Of a stretch of DNA of 64,000 nucleotides, positions 25,879 to 36,212 are shown in pieces. Origin of the DNA: Bacteroidia bacterium (GTDB taxonomy: Bacteria; Bacteroidota; Bacteroidia; SXHM01); contig JAJVIC010000002.1 in NCBI GenBank assembly GCA_022072225.1, positions 469,086-533,085 of the forward strand, in the 5' to 3' direction. Under the pieces are notes generated by a model. The model was given only the letters and a program-made list of their open reading frames with translations. It was not told the origin of the DNA and made no database searches. Numbering within the stretch: position 1 is the first letter of the stretch; each line of letters begins with the position of its first letter. The position numbers and the translations under genes are program-made.

Positions 25879-27270
25879 TTATTTTCCGATACAAAACCGG
25901 CTGAAGATAGAACCCAACAGGTCTTCGGTAGTAACCTGTCCCAGTATTTCTGAAAGGTGGTACAAAGCCCTTCGGATTTCAACTGCGAGCAAATCGCCTG
26001 TTATCTTTTTCTCTAAACCCGAATACACATTTTTTAAAGCAACATTGGCATTGTTCAGTGCTTCGAAATGGCGCACGTTGGTAATAATGGTCTGGTTGCT
26101 GTGCAGTAAATTTGCGTTGGCAAATTCCATCAGTTTGCTTTTCAGTCCTTCAATATTCTGTTTCTGTTTTGCCGAAATAAAAATAAGGTCTTCGCGGTTT
26201 TGAAATTTCGAGCGAAGTTCTGCCTCATTTCCCAAATCGCTCTTATTGGCAACCACTAAAACCTTTGTGCTTTCAGCGGTTTTTTCTTTCACCGCTTTAA
26301 TAGCTGCGTCCAGTTTAGCCGCATCCGAAAGCGTTGCATCAAACAGCAGAATAACAATTGCCGAAGTATTTATTTTTTCAAACGTGCGGTCTATTCCCAG
26401 CGATTCTATTTTGTCACTTGTTTCGCGTATTCCCGCAGTATCAATAAAACGGAAACGAATGCCGTCTAATGTAATTTCGTCTTCAATAGTATCGCGTGTT
26501 GTTCCCGGAATGTCCGAAACAATAGCCCGTTCTTCATTCAGCAAAACGTTGAGCAAGGTTGATTTGCCAGCGTTGGGCTCGCCTGCAATGGCAACCGGAA
26601 TTCCGTTTTTTATCACATTGCCTAAAGCGAAAGAGGAGGCAAGATCCGAGATGTGAGTAATGAGATTGGAGACTAATTCCTTTAACTCATTTCTGTTGGC
26701 AAACTGTACATCTTCCTCACTAAAGTCCAGTTCCAGTTCTATCATGGAAGCAAAATGAATCAGTTGCTCGCGCAGCTCTTTTATCTCGCCCGAAAAACCT
26801 CCGCGCATTTGTTGCAAGGCAATGCGGTGCGATGCTTCCGAAGTGGAAGCTACCAAGTCGGCTACTGCTTCAGCCTGCGATAAATCCATGCGCCCGTTCA
26901 TAAATGCCCGCATGGTATATTCACCGGGATTGGCAACACGCGCCCCCTGTTTTATAAACAACTGAAACAACCGCTGCTGAATATATGCCGAGCCGTGGCA
27001 CGAGATTTCTACCACATCCTCGCCCGTAAAAGAAAGAGGATTTTTGAAAAGGCTGATTACAACTTCATCTATCACTTCTTCTTTATCATAAATACTTCCG
27101 AAATGCAGCGTATGACTTTTGAAAGAAGAAAAATCTTTGCCTGAGAAAGAACGAAACACTTTGTTTGTAAACTCAAACGCTTTGTTTCCGGACAGGCGCA
27201 AAACAGCAATGGCCCCGCTTCCCGGGGGAGTGGAGAGGGCAATAATCGTATCGTCTGTATGGTAAGTCAA
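25879..27270 (-). CDS. mnmE: tRNA U34 modification GTPase MnmE (TrmE)
   Basis: SFTGEDVVEISCHG, GEPNAGKS, GTTRD, DTAG, NKSD, C-terminal FCIGK. Confidence 0.98.
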   Translation of the reverse strand: MTYHTDDTIIALSTPPGSGAIAVLRLSGNKAFEFTNKVFRSFSGKDFSSFKSHTLHFGSIYDKEEVIDEVVISLFKNPLSFTGEDVVEISCHGSAYIQQRLFQLFIKQGARVANPGEYTMRAFMNGRMDLSQAEAVADLVASTSEASHRIALQQMRGGFSGEIKELREQLIHFASMIELELDFSEEDVQFANRNELKELVSNLITHISDLASSFALGNVIKNGIPVAIAGEPNAGKSTLLNVLLNEERAIVSDIPGTTRDTIEDEITLDGIRFRFIDTAGIRETSDKIESLGIDRTFEKINTSAIVILLFDATLSDAAKLDAAIKAVKEKTAESTKVLVVANKSDLGNEAELRSKFQNREDLIFISAKQKQNIEGLKSKLMEFANANLLHSNQTIITNVRHFEALNNANVALKNVYSGLEKKITGDLLAVEIRRALYHLSEILGQVTTEDLLGSIFSRFCIGK

Positions 27271-27304
27271 CTAATGCTATCAGTAAAAACGAGCTACACC
27301 TCAC

Positions 27305-28009
27305 TTAAATATCAAACCTGTAAACTACGCCCACTAGTAAACCACCACTGAGTGTATGTGTTTTTTCATAGGTAGGGTATTTGAGCGTATTGGTTAATTC
27401 AACGCCTTGTCCGTCAACTCCGGCAACATCAGAAAGTCCGTAAGAAAACCTAAGGCCGGGCGAAAGAATAAGATTATCTGTAAGGTTTATATCAATACCA
27501 AGCCCCAGAAGCGGAGCAGCATTAAATCCGTTGGTAAAGGCTTTTATGTCTTTACTTCCATTGAACAATGCCAGTGATGATTCCTGAGTGTAGTTGGCTG
27601 CCGTAATCATACTGAAATAGGAGCCCAGTTCAAAATAAGCACCACCGTTAGTACTGAGGCGCAGGTAAAGAGGTATATCAATGCTTGAAAAATGAATTTT
27701 TGAATTGTAAGGTGTTTTGGTAATTACATCGGTTGTTCCGTTAAACTTTTGGTTGTGGGTGGCATAGAGTACATCTAAGCCTATACCTACATTTTGGGTG
27801 AAATAAATACTCATATTGATTCCAAAGCTTGTTCCCAGTGAGGCTTCAACTTCCTGTTCGCTGTTAGGTCGGTCAAATATATTCTTGTTCATCAGCCAGG
27901 TGTTTTTCCCCAGCCCCATGATACCTACAGTAAAACTTGCCTGTTTGCTCTGTGCAAGAACGTACTGTACAGATACCAGTGTAATAATTAGTACGATTGA
28001 TTTTTTCAT
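27305..28009 (-). CDS. Outer-membrane beta-barrel protein (PorT/OMP_b-brl-like)
   Basis: Signal peptide, IDIPL strand, RFSYGLSD, terminal GVVYRF. Confidence 0.75.
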   Translation of the reverse strand: MKKSIVLIITLVSVQYVLAQSKQASFTVGIMGLGKNTWLMNKNIFDRPNSEQEVEASLGTSFGINMSIYFTQNVGIGLDVLYATHNQKFNGTTDVITKTPYNSKIHFSSIDIPLYLRLSTNGGAYFELGSYFSMITAANYTQESSLALFNGSKDIKAFTNGFNAAPLLGLGIDINLTDNLILSPGLRFSYGLSDVAGVDGQGVELTNTLKYPTYEKTHTLSGGLLVGVVYRFDI

Positions 28010-28132
28010 GATATTCTTCTGTTAATTAGGATGCTCAAAAGTAGATAATTATTCAAACTGTATCGTTCATAACTTCTGCTTTTTGCCGATATGGTTTTTA
28101 ATAATTTTGTGCCCGAAATAAACAGTAAAAAC

Positions 28133-28708
28133 ATGAAAACTTCATTTTTTAAAATCAGATTTATAGCAATAATAGTAAGCCTTTTGGCTTGTTCATCAGT
28201 AATGGCAGACGGACCTGTGGTTAAAGGCACAAATGTGTTGGGTTTTGGCTTTGGCATGGCTAACCGTTATTATGGATATTCAGGTTTTTCGCCCGGAGTA
28301 AAAATTAATTATGAAGTTGGGTTATGGAAGGCAGGTCCGGGTGTGGTTACATTAGGTGGCACATTCGGCTATACTTTCCAAAGGTATCGTTACGGATATA
28401 TCTGGGGTAGCAACTACAATTACTCGTGGCATAATTTTATTATCGCAGCGCGCAGTGCATGGCACCATAACTGGGGCGTAGATAAATTAGATACCTATGC
28501 AGGTGCTTCTGCCGGGGTAAGGTTTAATATCTACGATGATGGTGATGACCCGAATAATAATCCTGATTATGCCTCTGTGTATCCTCACTTCGGAGGTTTT
28601 GTTGGAGCCTGTTATTATTTCAAACCGGGCTTAGGTGTTTTTGGTGAGGTTGGTTACGATATCAATTTTTTTACGGTAGGACTGAACCTTAATTTCGGAG
28701 GACGCTAA
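28133..28708 (+). CDS. Small outer-membrane beta-barrel protein
   Basis: Signal peptide; aromatic amphipathic strands; GVFGEVGY...VGLNLNF end. Confidence 0.75.
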   Translation: MKTSFFKIRFIAIIVSLLACSSVMADGPVVKGTNVLGFGFGMANRYYGYSGFSPGVKINYEVGLWKAGPGVVTLGGTFGYTFQRYRYGYIWGSNYNYSWHNFIIAARSAWHHNWGVDKLDTYAGASAGVRFNIYDDGDDPNNNPDYASVYPHFGGFVGACYYFKPGLGVFGEVGYDINFFTVGLNLNFGGR

Positions 28709-28709
28709 C

Positions 28710-29111
28710 TTACCGTTCCATCGGCATATTCTGATTTCGCCAGTTCTCGAAACCGAACTGCAAGTCGTATATCTCTTTAAACCCGAGATTGGATAAAATC
28801 CGTGCTGCCAGCGGACTTCTGTGCGCAGTTTCGCAATAAATGAAAACAGGCTTGGTGTTATCTAACTCGGCTGCTTTTTCGGCAAAGGTTGAGCCGAGGT
28901 AACTGATGTTCTGTGCATTTTTGATGTGGGCTTTTTTGTATTCGCCTTTTGTGCGTACATCAATAATCAGTTTGTTTTCCGTTGCATTTAATTTCTCCTC
29001 ATACTTCTGTGGAGTAAGTGTTATAAACTTTTCGGAAGGAAGAAAATCTTGAGCAACGGTTATTTCATGACAGCAAAATGAAAATAGAAACAGAACTGAA
29101 ACGCGAAACAT
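28710..29111 (-). CDS. Rhodanese-like domain protein (exported)
   Basis: IIDVRT..EY...HI..A, IYCETAHRS. Confidence 0.88.
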   Translation of the reverse strand: MFRVSVLFLFSFCCHEITVAQDFLPSEKFITLTPQKYEEKLNATENKLIIDVRTKGEYKKAHIKNAQNISYLGSTFAEKAAELDNTKPVFIYCETAHRSPLAARILSNLGFKEIYDLQFGFENWRNQNMPMER

Positions 29112-29112
29112 T

Positions 29113-29994
29113 CTAGGATGCAGAAGAAGTAACCACTTCTCGGTTAACTTTTTTTACTAATCCCTGAAGCACGGCACCCGGACCAACTTCGGTAAATGAA
29201 CTAGCACCATCTGCCAGCATTTGTTTCATGGTTTGTGTCCATTTTACGGGTGCGGTCAACTGAAGAATAAGGTTTGCTTTAATATGTGAGGCATTTGCTA
29301 TGGGGGCAGCACTTACGTTTTGATAAACCGGACATGGAGGTGTATTAAATACAGTAGATTCAATTGCCTGTTGTAATTCGTCTTTTGCAGGCTGCATCAG
29401 TGGCGAATGAAATGCACCGCCAACATTTAATACCAGTGCGCGTTTTGCGCCCGCAGCTTTCAGTTTTTCGCAGGCTATTTCAATTCCTTTTAGTGAGCCT
29501 GAAATAACCAACTGTCCGGGAGAGTTATAGTTGGCCGGAACTACCACTTCTTCAGTAATTTCAGCGCAAATTTTTTCTACCACTTCGTCTTCCAAACCAA
29601 GAATAGCTGCCATGGTACTTGGCGTATCTTCGCAGGCTTTCTGCATGGCCTTTGCGCGTTTGGAAACTAAGGTTAAGCCGTCTTCAAAACTCAATACTCC
29701 AATAGCAGTAAGCGCAGAAAATTCACCCAGCGAATGACCTGCCACCATTTGCGGCTGAAAATTTTCGCCCAGTGTTTTTGCAAGAATAACAGAGTGCAAA
29801 AAAATAGCAGGCTGTGTTACGTTGGTTTGTTTTAATTCTTCATCCGTTCCTGAGAACATGATTTCGGTAATGCGGAAGCCAAGCAATTCGTTAGCTCTCT
29901 CAAACAATTGTTTTGCTTCTGCCGAGCGTTCATAAATATCCTTGGCCATTCCGGAAAACTGTGAGCCTTGTCCGGGAAAAATATATGCTTTCAT
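29113..29994 (-). CDS. fabD: Malonyl-CoA:ACP transacylase
   Basis: FPGQGSQ, TQPAI, GHSLGE, GAFHSPLM, EVGPG. Confidence 0.98.
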   Translation of the reverse strand: MKAYIFPGQGSQFSGMAKDIYERSAEAKQLFERANELLGFRITEIMFSGTDEELKQTNVTQPAIFLHSVILAKTLGENFQPQMVAGHSLGEFSALTAIGVLSFEDGLTLVSKRAKAMQKACEDTPSTMAAILGLEDEVVEKICAEITEEVVVPANYNSPGQLVISGSLKGIEIACEKLKAAGAKRALVLNVGGAFHSPLMQPAKDELQQAIESTVFNTPPCPVYQNVSAAPIANASHIKANLILQLTAPVKWTQTMKQMLADGASSFTEVGPGAVLQGLVKKVNREVVTSSAS

Positions 29995-30618
29995 CTAGTG
30001 CAGTTTTGCTGAAATTAAACTTATAAACTCTGCCCGGGTAGTTTCATTTAAAAATTCGCCCGTAAAGGCAGAGGTTGTGGTAACAGAATTTTGTTTTTGT
30101 ATGCCACGCATTTGCATACAAAGGTGTGAAGCTTCAATAACTACAGCTACTCCGTGAGGGTTTAATGTTTTTTGCAGGCAATCACGTATTTGGTCGGTCA
30201 GGCGTTCCTGTACCTGCAGCCGCCTTGCAAATGCATCCACAATACGAGGCAGTTTACTTAAACCAACAATGTGCCCGTTTGGTATATAGGCAATGTGTGC
30301 CTTACCAAAAAACGGAAGCAGATGGTGTTCGCAAAGTGAGTAAAGCTCAATATCTTTTACAATCACCATCTGGTTATGGTTTTCTTTAAACATTGCTGAA
30401 CGAAGAATTTCTTCGGGGTTAAGTTCATAACCGTGTGTAAGGTATTGCATGGCTTTTGCCACACGTTCAGGCGTTTTTAACAAGCCTTCGCGCTCTGTGT
30501 TTTCTCCAATTCCTTCTAAAACACTCAGGTAGTTTTTAGAGAGTTTTTTTGTGGTTTTTAAATTGTATCGGTCTATTTTTTTGTAACCGAAATCCAAATC
30601 TTCATCGTGGTTAGCCAT
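29995..30618 (-). CDS. folE: GTP cyclohydrolase I
   Basis: [42 protein letters not shown]. Confidence 0.98.
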   Translation of the reverse strand: MANHDEDLDFGYKKIDRYNLKTTKKLSKNYLSVLEGIGENTEREGLLKTPERVAKAMQYLTHGYELNPEEILRSAMFKENHNQMVIVKDIELYSLCEHHLLPFFGKAHIAYIPNGHIVGLSKLPRIVDAFARRLQVQERLTDQIRDCLQKTLNPHGVAVVIEASHLCMQMRGIQKQNSVTTTSAFTGEFLNETTRAEFISLISAKLH

Positions 30619-31021
30619 AATATTCAACTGAATTATTTTCTGTTTCTTTTACTTTAACGCAATGGAGTTCGCAGCCCAATGCCTTTACATCGTTGTAAAT
30701 CTGTTCCCATATTTTTATTGCTAAATTTTCGGTTGAAGGCTGTACGTTCTTCATAAAATCAACATCAAGATTCATATTCCGGTGATCAAGTTTGTCGGTG
30801 ATTTTAGTTCGCAGTATTGCACTCAATTCTTTAAGGTTAATTACAAAGCCGGTAAGAGGATTGGGTTCTCCTTTAACCGTTACTTCAAGTTCGTAATTAT
30901 GGCCATGCCAGTTGGGGTTAGCGCATTTGCCGAATATTTCCAGATTTTTTTCTGCGCTCCATTCAGCCACATTCAGTTTGTGGGCAGCATTGAAATGTTC
31001 TCTTCGTTTGATATAAACCAT
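30611..31021 (-). CDS. queD: 6-carboxytetrahydropterin / 6-pyruvoyltetrahydropterin synthase
   Basis: [34 protein letters not shown]; QueD versus PTPS role not resolvable from sequence. Confidence 0.85.
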   Translation of the reverse strand: MVYIKRREHFNAAHKLNVAEWSAEKNLEIFGKCANPNWHGHNYELEVTVKGEPNPLTGFVINLKELSAILRTKITDKLDHRNMNLDVDFMKNVQPSTENLAIKIWEQIYNDVKALGCELHCVKVKETENNSVEYYG

Positions 31022-31085
31022 GTTTTATTAATTGCCCAAAGATAGAAATACCCTCTAAATTTGAGGTTTATTCTACTTTTGTGTG

Positions 31086-31703
31086 ATGAAAATTCTGATT
31101 GTAGCTGCAACAAAACTTGAAGTTAAGCCCCTGCTTAACAAATTAAAAGATTTAAAGTTTAACCCCGAAGTTTTAATTACAGGTGTGGGCATGGTGCCAA
31201 CAGCATTCAGCCTCGGAAATGTATTGTCGGTAAAAAAGTACGATGCGGCTCTCAATCTTGGTATTTGCGGCAGTTTTAACCGTAATCTGAAAATAGGTGA
31301 GGTAGTAAATGTTACCGAAGATATTTTTTCGGAATTAGGCGCAGAAGATGGCGATAGTTTCCTGAAACTATCGGATATGAAATTTGCAGATAAGAAAGAT
31401 GTGATGCTAAAACCTGCAAAGAAATTTTCTTCTTCTGTTTTGAAAGAATTTAAAAAAGTAAAAGGCATAACCGTAAACACGGTTCACGGAAATAAAAAAA
31501 GTATTTCAAAAGTTGTTGAGCTTTACAATCCCGATGTAGAAAGTATGGAAGGCGCTGCTTTTTTCTATGCCTGCAACCGGTTAAATATTCCATCGGTTCA
31601 GTTGCGTGCGGTTTCCAATTATGTGGAGCACAGAAACAGCAAGAACTGGAATATTAAATTGGCTGTGGAAAATTTAACTGAAGCTGCTTTAGGCCTGTTT
31701 TAG
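31086..31703 (+). CDS. mqnB: Futalosine hydrolase (menaquinone futalosine pathway)
   Basis: VAAT..E, TGVGMV.TA, GITVNTVHG, ESMEGAA, RAVSNYVE.R...W.I..A. Confidence 0.85.
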   Translation: MKILIVAATKLEVKPLLNKLKDLKFNPEVLITGVGMVPTAFSLGNVLSVKKYDAALNLGICGSFNRNLKIGEVVNVTEDIFSELGAEDGDSFLKLSDMKFADKKDVMLKPAKKFSSSVLKEFKKVKGITVNTVHGNKKSISKVVELYNPDVESMEGAAFFYACNRLNIPSVQLRAVSNYVEHRNSKNWNIKLAVENLTEAALGLF

Positions 31704-32582
31704 TTTTCGCTCATTCCGTACACTCCTGAATTTATAAAGCGAGTGTATGACCACTGAAAGTATAATCAGCGATGTGCCCGCATAAAATCCTGCATTCAAA
31801 TCTTTCTCTTCGTGGAAAACAAGAAAGGCAAGTATAATTCCATAGACAGGTTCAAGGTTTACCGAAAGATTCATGGTAAATGGTGTAACTTTTTGCAGTG
31901 CCTTGTATGAAATACGAAGCGCAAAAACGGTACAGGCAAGACTTAAAATTGCCAGATATAACCAATCGCTTGCATCAGGAAAATATTTATCAGTAGGAAT
32001 TGCCCATAAATAAAACGGAAGCAGCAATGTGAGAATGGCAACTCCGCTCAGCAGCTCATAAAATAAAAGATTTCCGGGAGCGTATGTGCCAACCATATCT
32101 TTGTTCTTAATAGTAAAAACGGAACACAGCGCAGAACTGGCAAGCGCAAGAATAATTCCGGTTGCATACAGTTTCTGAAAATGAAAAATCAGATAAATGC
32201 CCGCAATGGTAACGAGACCGAAAAATAGTTCGGCTTTGCTTATTCTTCGTTTATTCATAAAAGGTTCGATAAAGGCAGTAAACAGGGCAGTTGATGAAAA
32301 GCAACTGAGTGCAATGGAGATGTTAGAATATTTAATAGCACCGTAAAAGGTAACCCAGTGAATGGCAATCAGCGCACCCACAAAGCCAACTTTCTTAAAT
32401 TCTTTCCACGTTATCTTTTTGTATTCGCCATTGTATTTAATCAACGCAAACAGCGCAATAAGTGTAATTATCATGCGGTACCAAACCAATAAACCTTCTT
32501 GTAATTCTATTAACCTGCCTAATATTCCGGTGAAGCCCCAGAGGAAAATGGCAATGTGCATTTGCAGGTAGGCTTTTCTCAT
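31689..32582 (-). CDS. DMT/EamA family transporter
   Basis: ~10 TM helices; LWGFTGILG, HWVTFY, NLEPVYGI. Confidence 0.9.
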   Translation of the reverse strand: MRKAYLQMHIAIFLWGFTGILGRLIELQEGLLVWYRMIITLIALFALIKYNGEYKKITWKEFKKVGFVGALIAIHWVTFYGAIKYSNISIALSCFSSTALFTAFIEPFMNKRRISKAELFFGLVTIAGIYLIFHFQKLYATGIILALASSALCSVFTIKNKDMVGTYAPGNLLFYELLSGVAILTLLLPFYLWAIPTDKYFPDASDWLYLAILSLACTVFALRISYKALQKVTPFTMNLSVNLEPVYGIILAFLVFHEEKDLNAGFYAGTSLIILSVVIHSLYKFRSVRNERKLKQA

Positions 32583-32630
32583 AACGGGCGTAAAGATGCT
32601 GATTAAAAATGTTTTTACATTTGTGTCGTT

Positions 32631-33002
32631 ATGCAAAAAAGTTCACTCGCGCAGATATTATTAAAGCTACTCATCTCGGGGCTGGCGGTTTTTTTTACTG
32701 ACTGGTTGTTATCCGGTATTGACGTTACTAATTTCACCAATGCCTTGCTGATAGCGATAGTATTGGCTTTTCTCAATACATTCTTAAAGCCTGTTCTGGT
32801 TTTACTGACCATACCGTTTACCATCTTTACACTTGGATTGTTTTTACTTGTTATCAATGCCGGAATAATTTTGCTGGCAAGTAAACTGATTGATGGATTT
32901 ATTGTAAACGGTTTTTGGTGGGCATTGCTTTTCAGCATAATTCTTTCCATTGTTACTTCAATACTGGAAGGGCTTACAAGAACAGAAGTTAAAAGGTATT
33001 AA
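32631..33002 (+). CDS. 4-TM membrane protein (YvlD / 'phage holin family')
   Basis: LN.FLKPVL..LTIP..I.TLGLFLLVINA signature. Confidence 0.88.
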   Translation: MQKSSLAQILLKLLISGLAVFFTDWLLSGIDVTNFTNALLIAIVLAFLNTFLKPVLVLLTIPFTIFTLGLFLLVINAGIILLASKLIDGFIVNGFWWALLFSIILSIVTSILEGLTRTEVKRY

Positions 33003-33020
33003 TCAACTAAAATTTAAACC

Positions 33021-33365
33021 ATGTCAACTGAAAAAAAATACAAAACCTTTTGGGCGTTTTATCCTTACTACCTTACCGAGCATCAGGATACTGTTTGCAG
33101 AACGCTGCATTTCATAGGCACGGGGATAGTGATCGGCCTTTTCTTCACGTTCCTTTATACATTGGATTGGAGATTTTTTGCTGCAATTCCATTTGCCGGC
33201 TATGGCTTTGCCTGGGTAGGTCATTTTGCTTTTGAGAAAAACAAACCTGCTACTTTTCAGTATCCTCTATATAGTCTGGGTTCTGACTTTGTAATGTTCT
33301 GGCACATCATCACTTTTCAGCTTCCTAAAAAGATGGCTGAAGCCAGAAAGCAGATACTCGGTTAA
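33021..33365 (+). CDS. DUF962 / Mpo1-like membrane protein
   Basis: FYPYYLTEH, LHFIGT, AWVGH..FEKNKPA. Confidence 0.88.
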   Translation: MSTEKKYKTFWAFYPYYLTEHQDTVCRTLHFIGTGIVIGLFFTFLYTLDWRFFAAIPFAGYGFAWVGHFAFEKNKPATFQYPLYSLGSDFVMFWHIITFQLPKKMAEARKQILG

Positions 33366-34192
33366 TACCTTCTGTTCGGATTATAGAGCGTTTCCCAGTC
33401 GTGCTCGTTTTTCAACAAGGCGCTGATGTGAGGAGGATATTTTGTTTTCAGGTCAACGCTTTTTAATTCTCCTTCCTGCAAGGTTTCCATCGTTAGCAGT
33501 TTAATCCAGTCAAGTAATTCACTGGTGCCTGGACGTTTTTTGATTCCTTTAATCTCGCGCAGTCGGTAGAAAATATTCATGGCATTGTCCACTAATTCTT
33601 GCTGTAAGCCAGGGTAATGAACATCAATAATCTGTTGCATCAGGCTGCGGTCGGGGAAGCGGATGTAGTGAAATAAACATCTTCTCAGAAATGCATCAGG
33701 TAATTCCTTTTCGTTGTTGGAAGTAATTATAACGATAGGACGCTTTTTTGCTTTTATTGTTTTTTGCAGTTCGTAGCAATAGAATTCCATCTTGTCTAAT
33801 TCCAGCAATAAATCATTTGGGAATTCAATATCAGCTTTGTCAATTTCATCAATCAGTAATACCACTTGCTCATCAGCATCAAAGGCTTCCCATAGTTTTC
33901 CTTTCTTGATGTAATTGGCAATGTCATGTACTTTTTCTGAACCCAATTGCGAATCGCGCAAACGCGAAACTGCATCGTATTCATATAATCCCTGTTGTGC
34001 TTTGGTAGTTGATTTAATGTGCCAGGTAATGATCTTCTTTTTCATGGCATCGGCAATCTCGTGTGCCAGCAAGGTTTTTCCTGTGCCGGGCTCACCTTTC
34101 ACCAATAACGGTTTTTCGAGTAATACTGCTGCATTAACTGCAATCTGTAATTCGCGTGAAGCAATATAGTTTTCTGTTCCTGTGAAATTCAT
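33362..34192 (-). CDS. MoxR-family AAA+ ATPase (CoxD-like)
   Basis: GEPGTGKT, LLIDEIDKAD..FPNDLL, TSNNEKELPDAFLRRC. Confidence 0.92.
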   Translation of the reverse strand: MNFTGTENYIASRELQIAVNAAVLLEKPLLVKGEPGTGKTLLAHEIADAMKKKIITWHIKSTTKAQQGLYEYDAVSRLRDSQLGSEKVHDIANYIKKGKLWEAFDADEQVVLLIDEIDKADIEFPNDLLLELDKMEFYCYELQKTIKAKKRPIVIITSNNEKELPDAFLRRCLFHYIRFPDRSLMQQIIDVHYPGLQQELVDNAMNIFYRLREIKGIKKRPGTSELLDWIKLLTMETLQEGELKSVDLKTKYPPHISALLKNEHDWETLYNPNRRY

Positions 34193-35632
34193 TTATGCGT
34201 CTTTTTCTTTAAGGATTGCAAAAATACCTTTTATGCTGATAAGCCGTGTTGCAAAGGCAAGTATGATGGAAATGCTTGTCATTGCTGCAATTCCAAATAG
34301 TCTGTTCTCAAGGTTGGATAGAAACCACCCGCTTGTGAACATCAACACAGTGAACAGCGCAAGGCTTGAAATTAATCGCCAATCTATATTCCAGTTAAAT
34401 ATTTTCCGAACAACAATAATCTGGAAAACGGCATTGAATAGTTGGGTTATAAATGCAGAAGTAGCCGCACCTTGTGCCTTGTAATCAGGAATTAGTTGTA
34501 AGTTGAGAATGATATTTATTCCCACTGCCATCATAGCAATGCGGTTTAGTTCATCCAGTTTCCCGTGTGCAGTTAATAATGTACCAAATACAAAGCCCGA
34601 GCAAATAGGAATGATGGATGCCATTAATACGGGCAACAACTTTGCAGAAATTTCGGTGTGCTCTTTATAAAGCAATTGCATTATATTGAAATTGAAAAAC
34701 AGGCAAGTGAAGACAATAGCAATGGCCGGAGCCATAATCAGCCGAAAAGATAATCCGGTAAGATCTTTTACTGATTCATTGTTCTTAAGCATTTTTGAAA
34801 ACAGAGGCAACAACAGACCAGCGAAAAGAAAACCAAACATGTTTACCACATCCAGTAATCGAAACGCCTGTGCGTAAATTCCACTTTCTTTTTCACCTTC
34901 ATCCAGCATGCGCTCCAGTAAAATGGCATCACTGCGGGTATAAATAAACATGAGCAGTATAAGCAAGGCATATGGAAAGCTTTGTTTCAGAATAGCTTTG
35001 AAAAATGAAGTGTTCCAATTGAGTTCCAGTTTGCCGGATTTCTGAAGAACAACAGCTAATGCAATGAAAGCGGTAATAAGGTATGCGGCAGTTTGTGCAT
35101 ATACAAACCACTCAATTTGGAACTGCTCATCTGTAAAATTCCCCCATAATAAAGTACAGACAAAGACAATCATCAATAACCTGTCTGTAACCGAAAGAAG
35201 GCTATCGGTTTTAAATAAATGCAAGCCCGAAATATTGCTGCGCAGGTATTGTGTAAAGGCAATCAGAAACTGGTTAAATCCCAATAGCATCAATATAAAA
35301 AGCTGGAATTTTGAATATCCTAATATCAGGCCGATTGCCATCACTATCACAAAATAAACCGCGGCTAAGAGGAAGCGCAGCAATATAATTCCCGATAAAT
35401 GCTTTTGCAGCAGATGATGATTTTGCGCTATGTTTCGGTTGTTGTAATTGGTAATGCCAAGGTCAAGCAGAAAATTAATAATCAGTGAAATATTAAGCAG
35501 TGCGAAATACATTCCGTACTGCTCGGTTCCTGTTGCATTCTGCACATTTATTTCCACAAAAATCCAGAACGGCTTTACAAGCAGATTAAGGAAAACAAGG
35601 AGAATAAGATTGGAAAGGAATTTCTTTTGCAT
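34193..35632 (-). CDS. Oligosaccharide flippase (Wzx/MOP family)
   Basis: Many TM helices; YGMYF, DLGI, GIYAQAFR, LIP.Y...GAA. Confidence 0.88.
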   Translation of the reverse strand: MQKKFLSNLILLVFLNLLVKPFWIFVEINVQNATGTEQYGMYFALLNISLIINFLLDLGITNYNNRNIAQNHHLLQKHLSGIILLRFLLAAVYFVIVMAIGLILGYSKFQLFILMLLGFNQFLIAFTQYLRSNISGLHLFKTDSLLSVTDRLLMIVFVCTLLWGNFTDEQFQIEWFVYAQTAAYLITAFIALAVVLQKSGKLELNWNTSFFKAILKQSFPYALLILLMFIYTRSDAILLERMLDEGEKESGIYAQAFRLLDVVNMFGFLFAGLLLPLFSKMLKNNESVKDLTGLSFRLIMAPAIAIVFTCLFFNFNIMQLLYKEHTEISAKLLPVLMASIIPICSGFVFGTLLTAHGKLDELNRIAMMAVGINIILNLQLIPDYKAQGAATSAFITQLFNAVFQIIVVRKIFNWNIDWRLISSLALFTVLMFTSGWFLSNLENRLFGIAAMTSISIILAFATRLISIKGIFAILKEKDA

Positions 35633-35718
35633 GCAGAGGGCTGCCAAAAATAGTATTAATGAACTAAATCATTTTGAATACATATTGTTTTATACGACAT
35701 TTGATAAAAAACTGAACT

Positions 35719-36210
35719 ATGGAAGCTGTCTTAATTATTATTGCCATCTTATTGTTATTTGCCGGTTTGCTGGGTTGTGTACTGCCTGCTATTCCCGGTC
35801 CGCCCTTAAGCTATGTTGCGTTGCTGCTGGTGCAGTGGGCATGGAAACCTTTCGAAACTACCACGCTTATCGTTTTTGCAATTATCACTATTGCAGTTAC
35901 TCTTCTTGATTATATAATTCCTGTGTGGGGAGCCAAAGTTTTTGGTGCAACTAAACAAGGTATTTACGGAAGCATTATCGGAATGCTTGTAGGAACATTT
36001 CTTACACCTGTGGGCATGATAGCCGGATTACTTATTGGCGCCATTTTGGGCGATGTGGTTGGAGGAAGAAAACTTTCGGATGCAGTTGGATCCGGGTTGG
36101 GGACATTTATAGGAACCATGGCCGGAATGGCGGTGAAACTGATTGTTTCAGGTGTAATGACCTTTATGGTTTTCTTTAAAATTGCCGAATGGGTAATAGC
36201 GCAGTTTTAA
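35719..36210 (+). CDS. DUF456 membrane protein
   Basis: GLLGCVLPAIPGP, LDY......AK.FGATK.G..GSIIG. Confidence 0.88.
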   Translation: MEAVLIIIAILLLFAGLLGCVLPAIPGPPLSYVALLLVQWAWKPFETTTLIVFAIITIAVTLLDYIIPVWGAKVFGATKQGIYGSIIGMLVGTFLTPVGMIAGLLIGAILGDVVGGRKLSDAVGSGLGTFIGTMAGMAVKLIVSGVMTFMVFFKIAEWVIAQF

Positions 36211-36212
36211 AA

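Noticed and set aside
32631..33002. 'Phage holin' as evidence for a prophage
   Set aside because: Common chromosomal 4-TM family; no phage genes nearby
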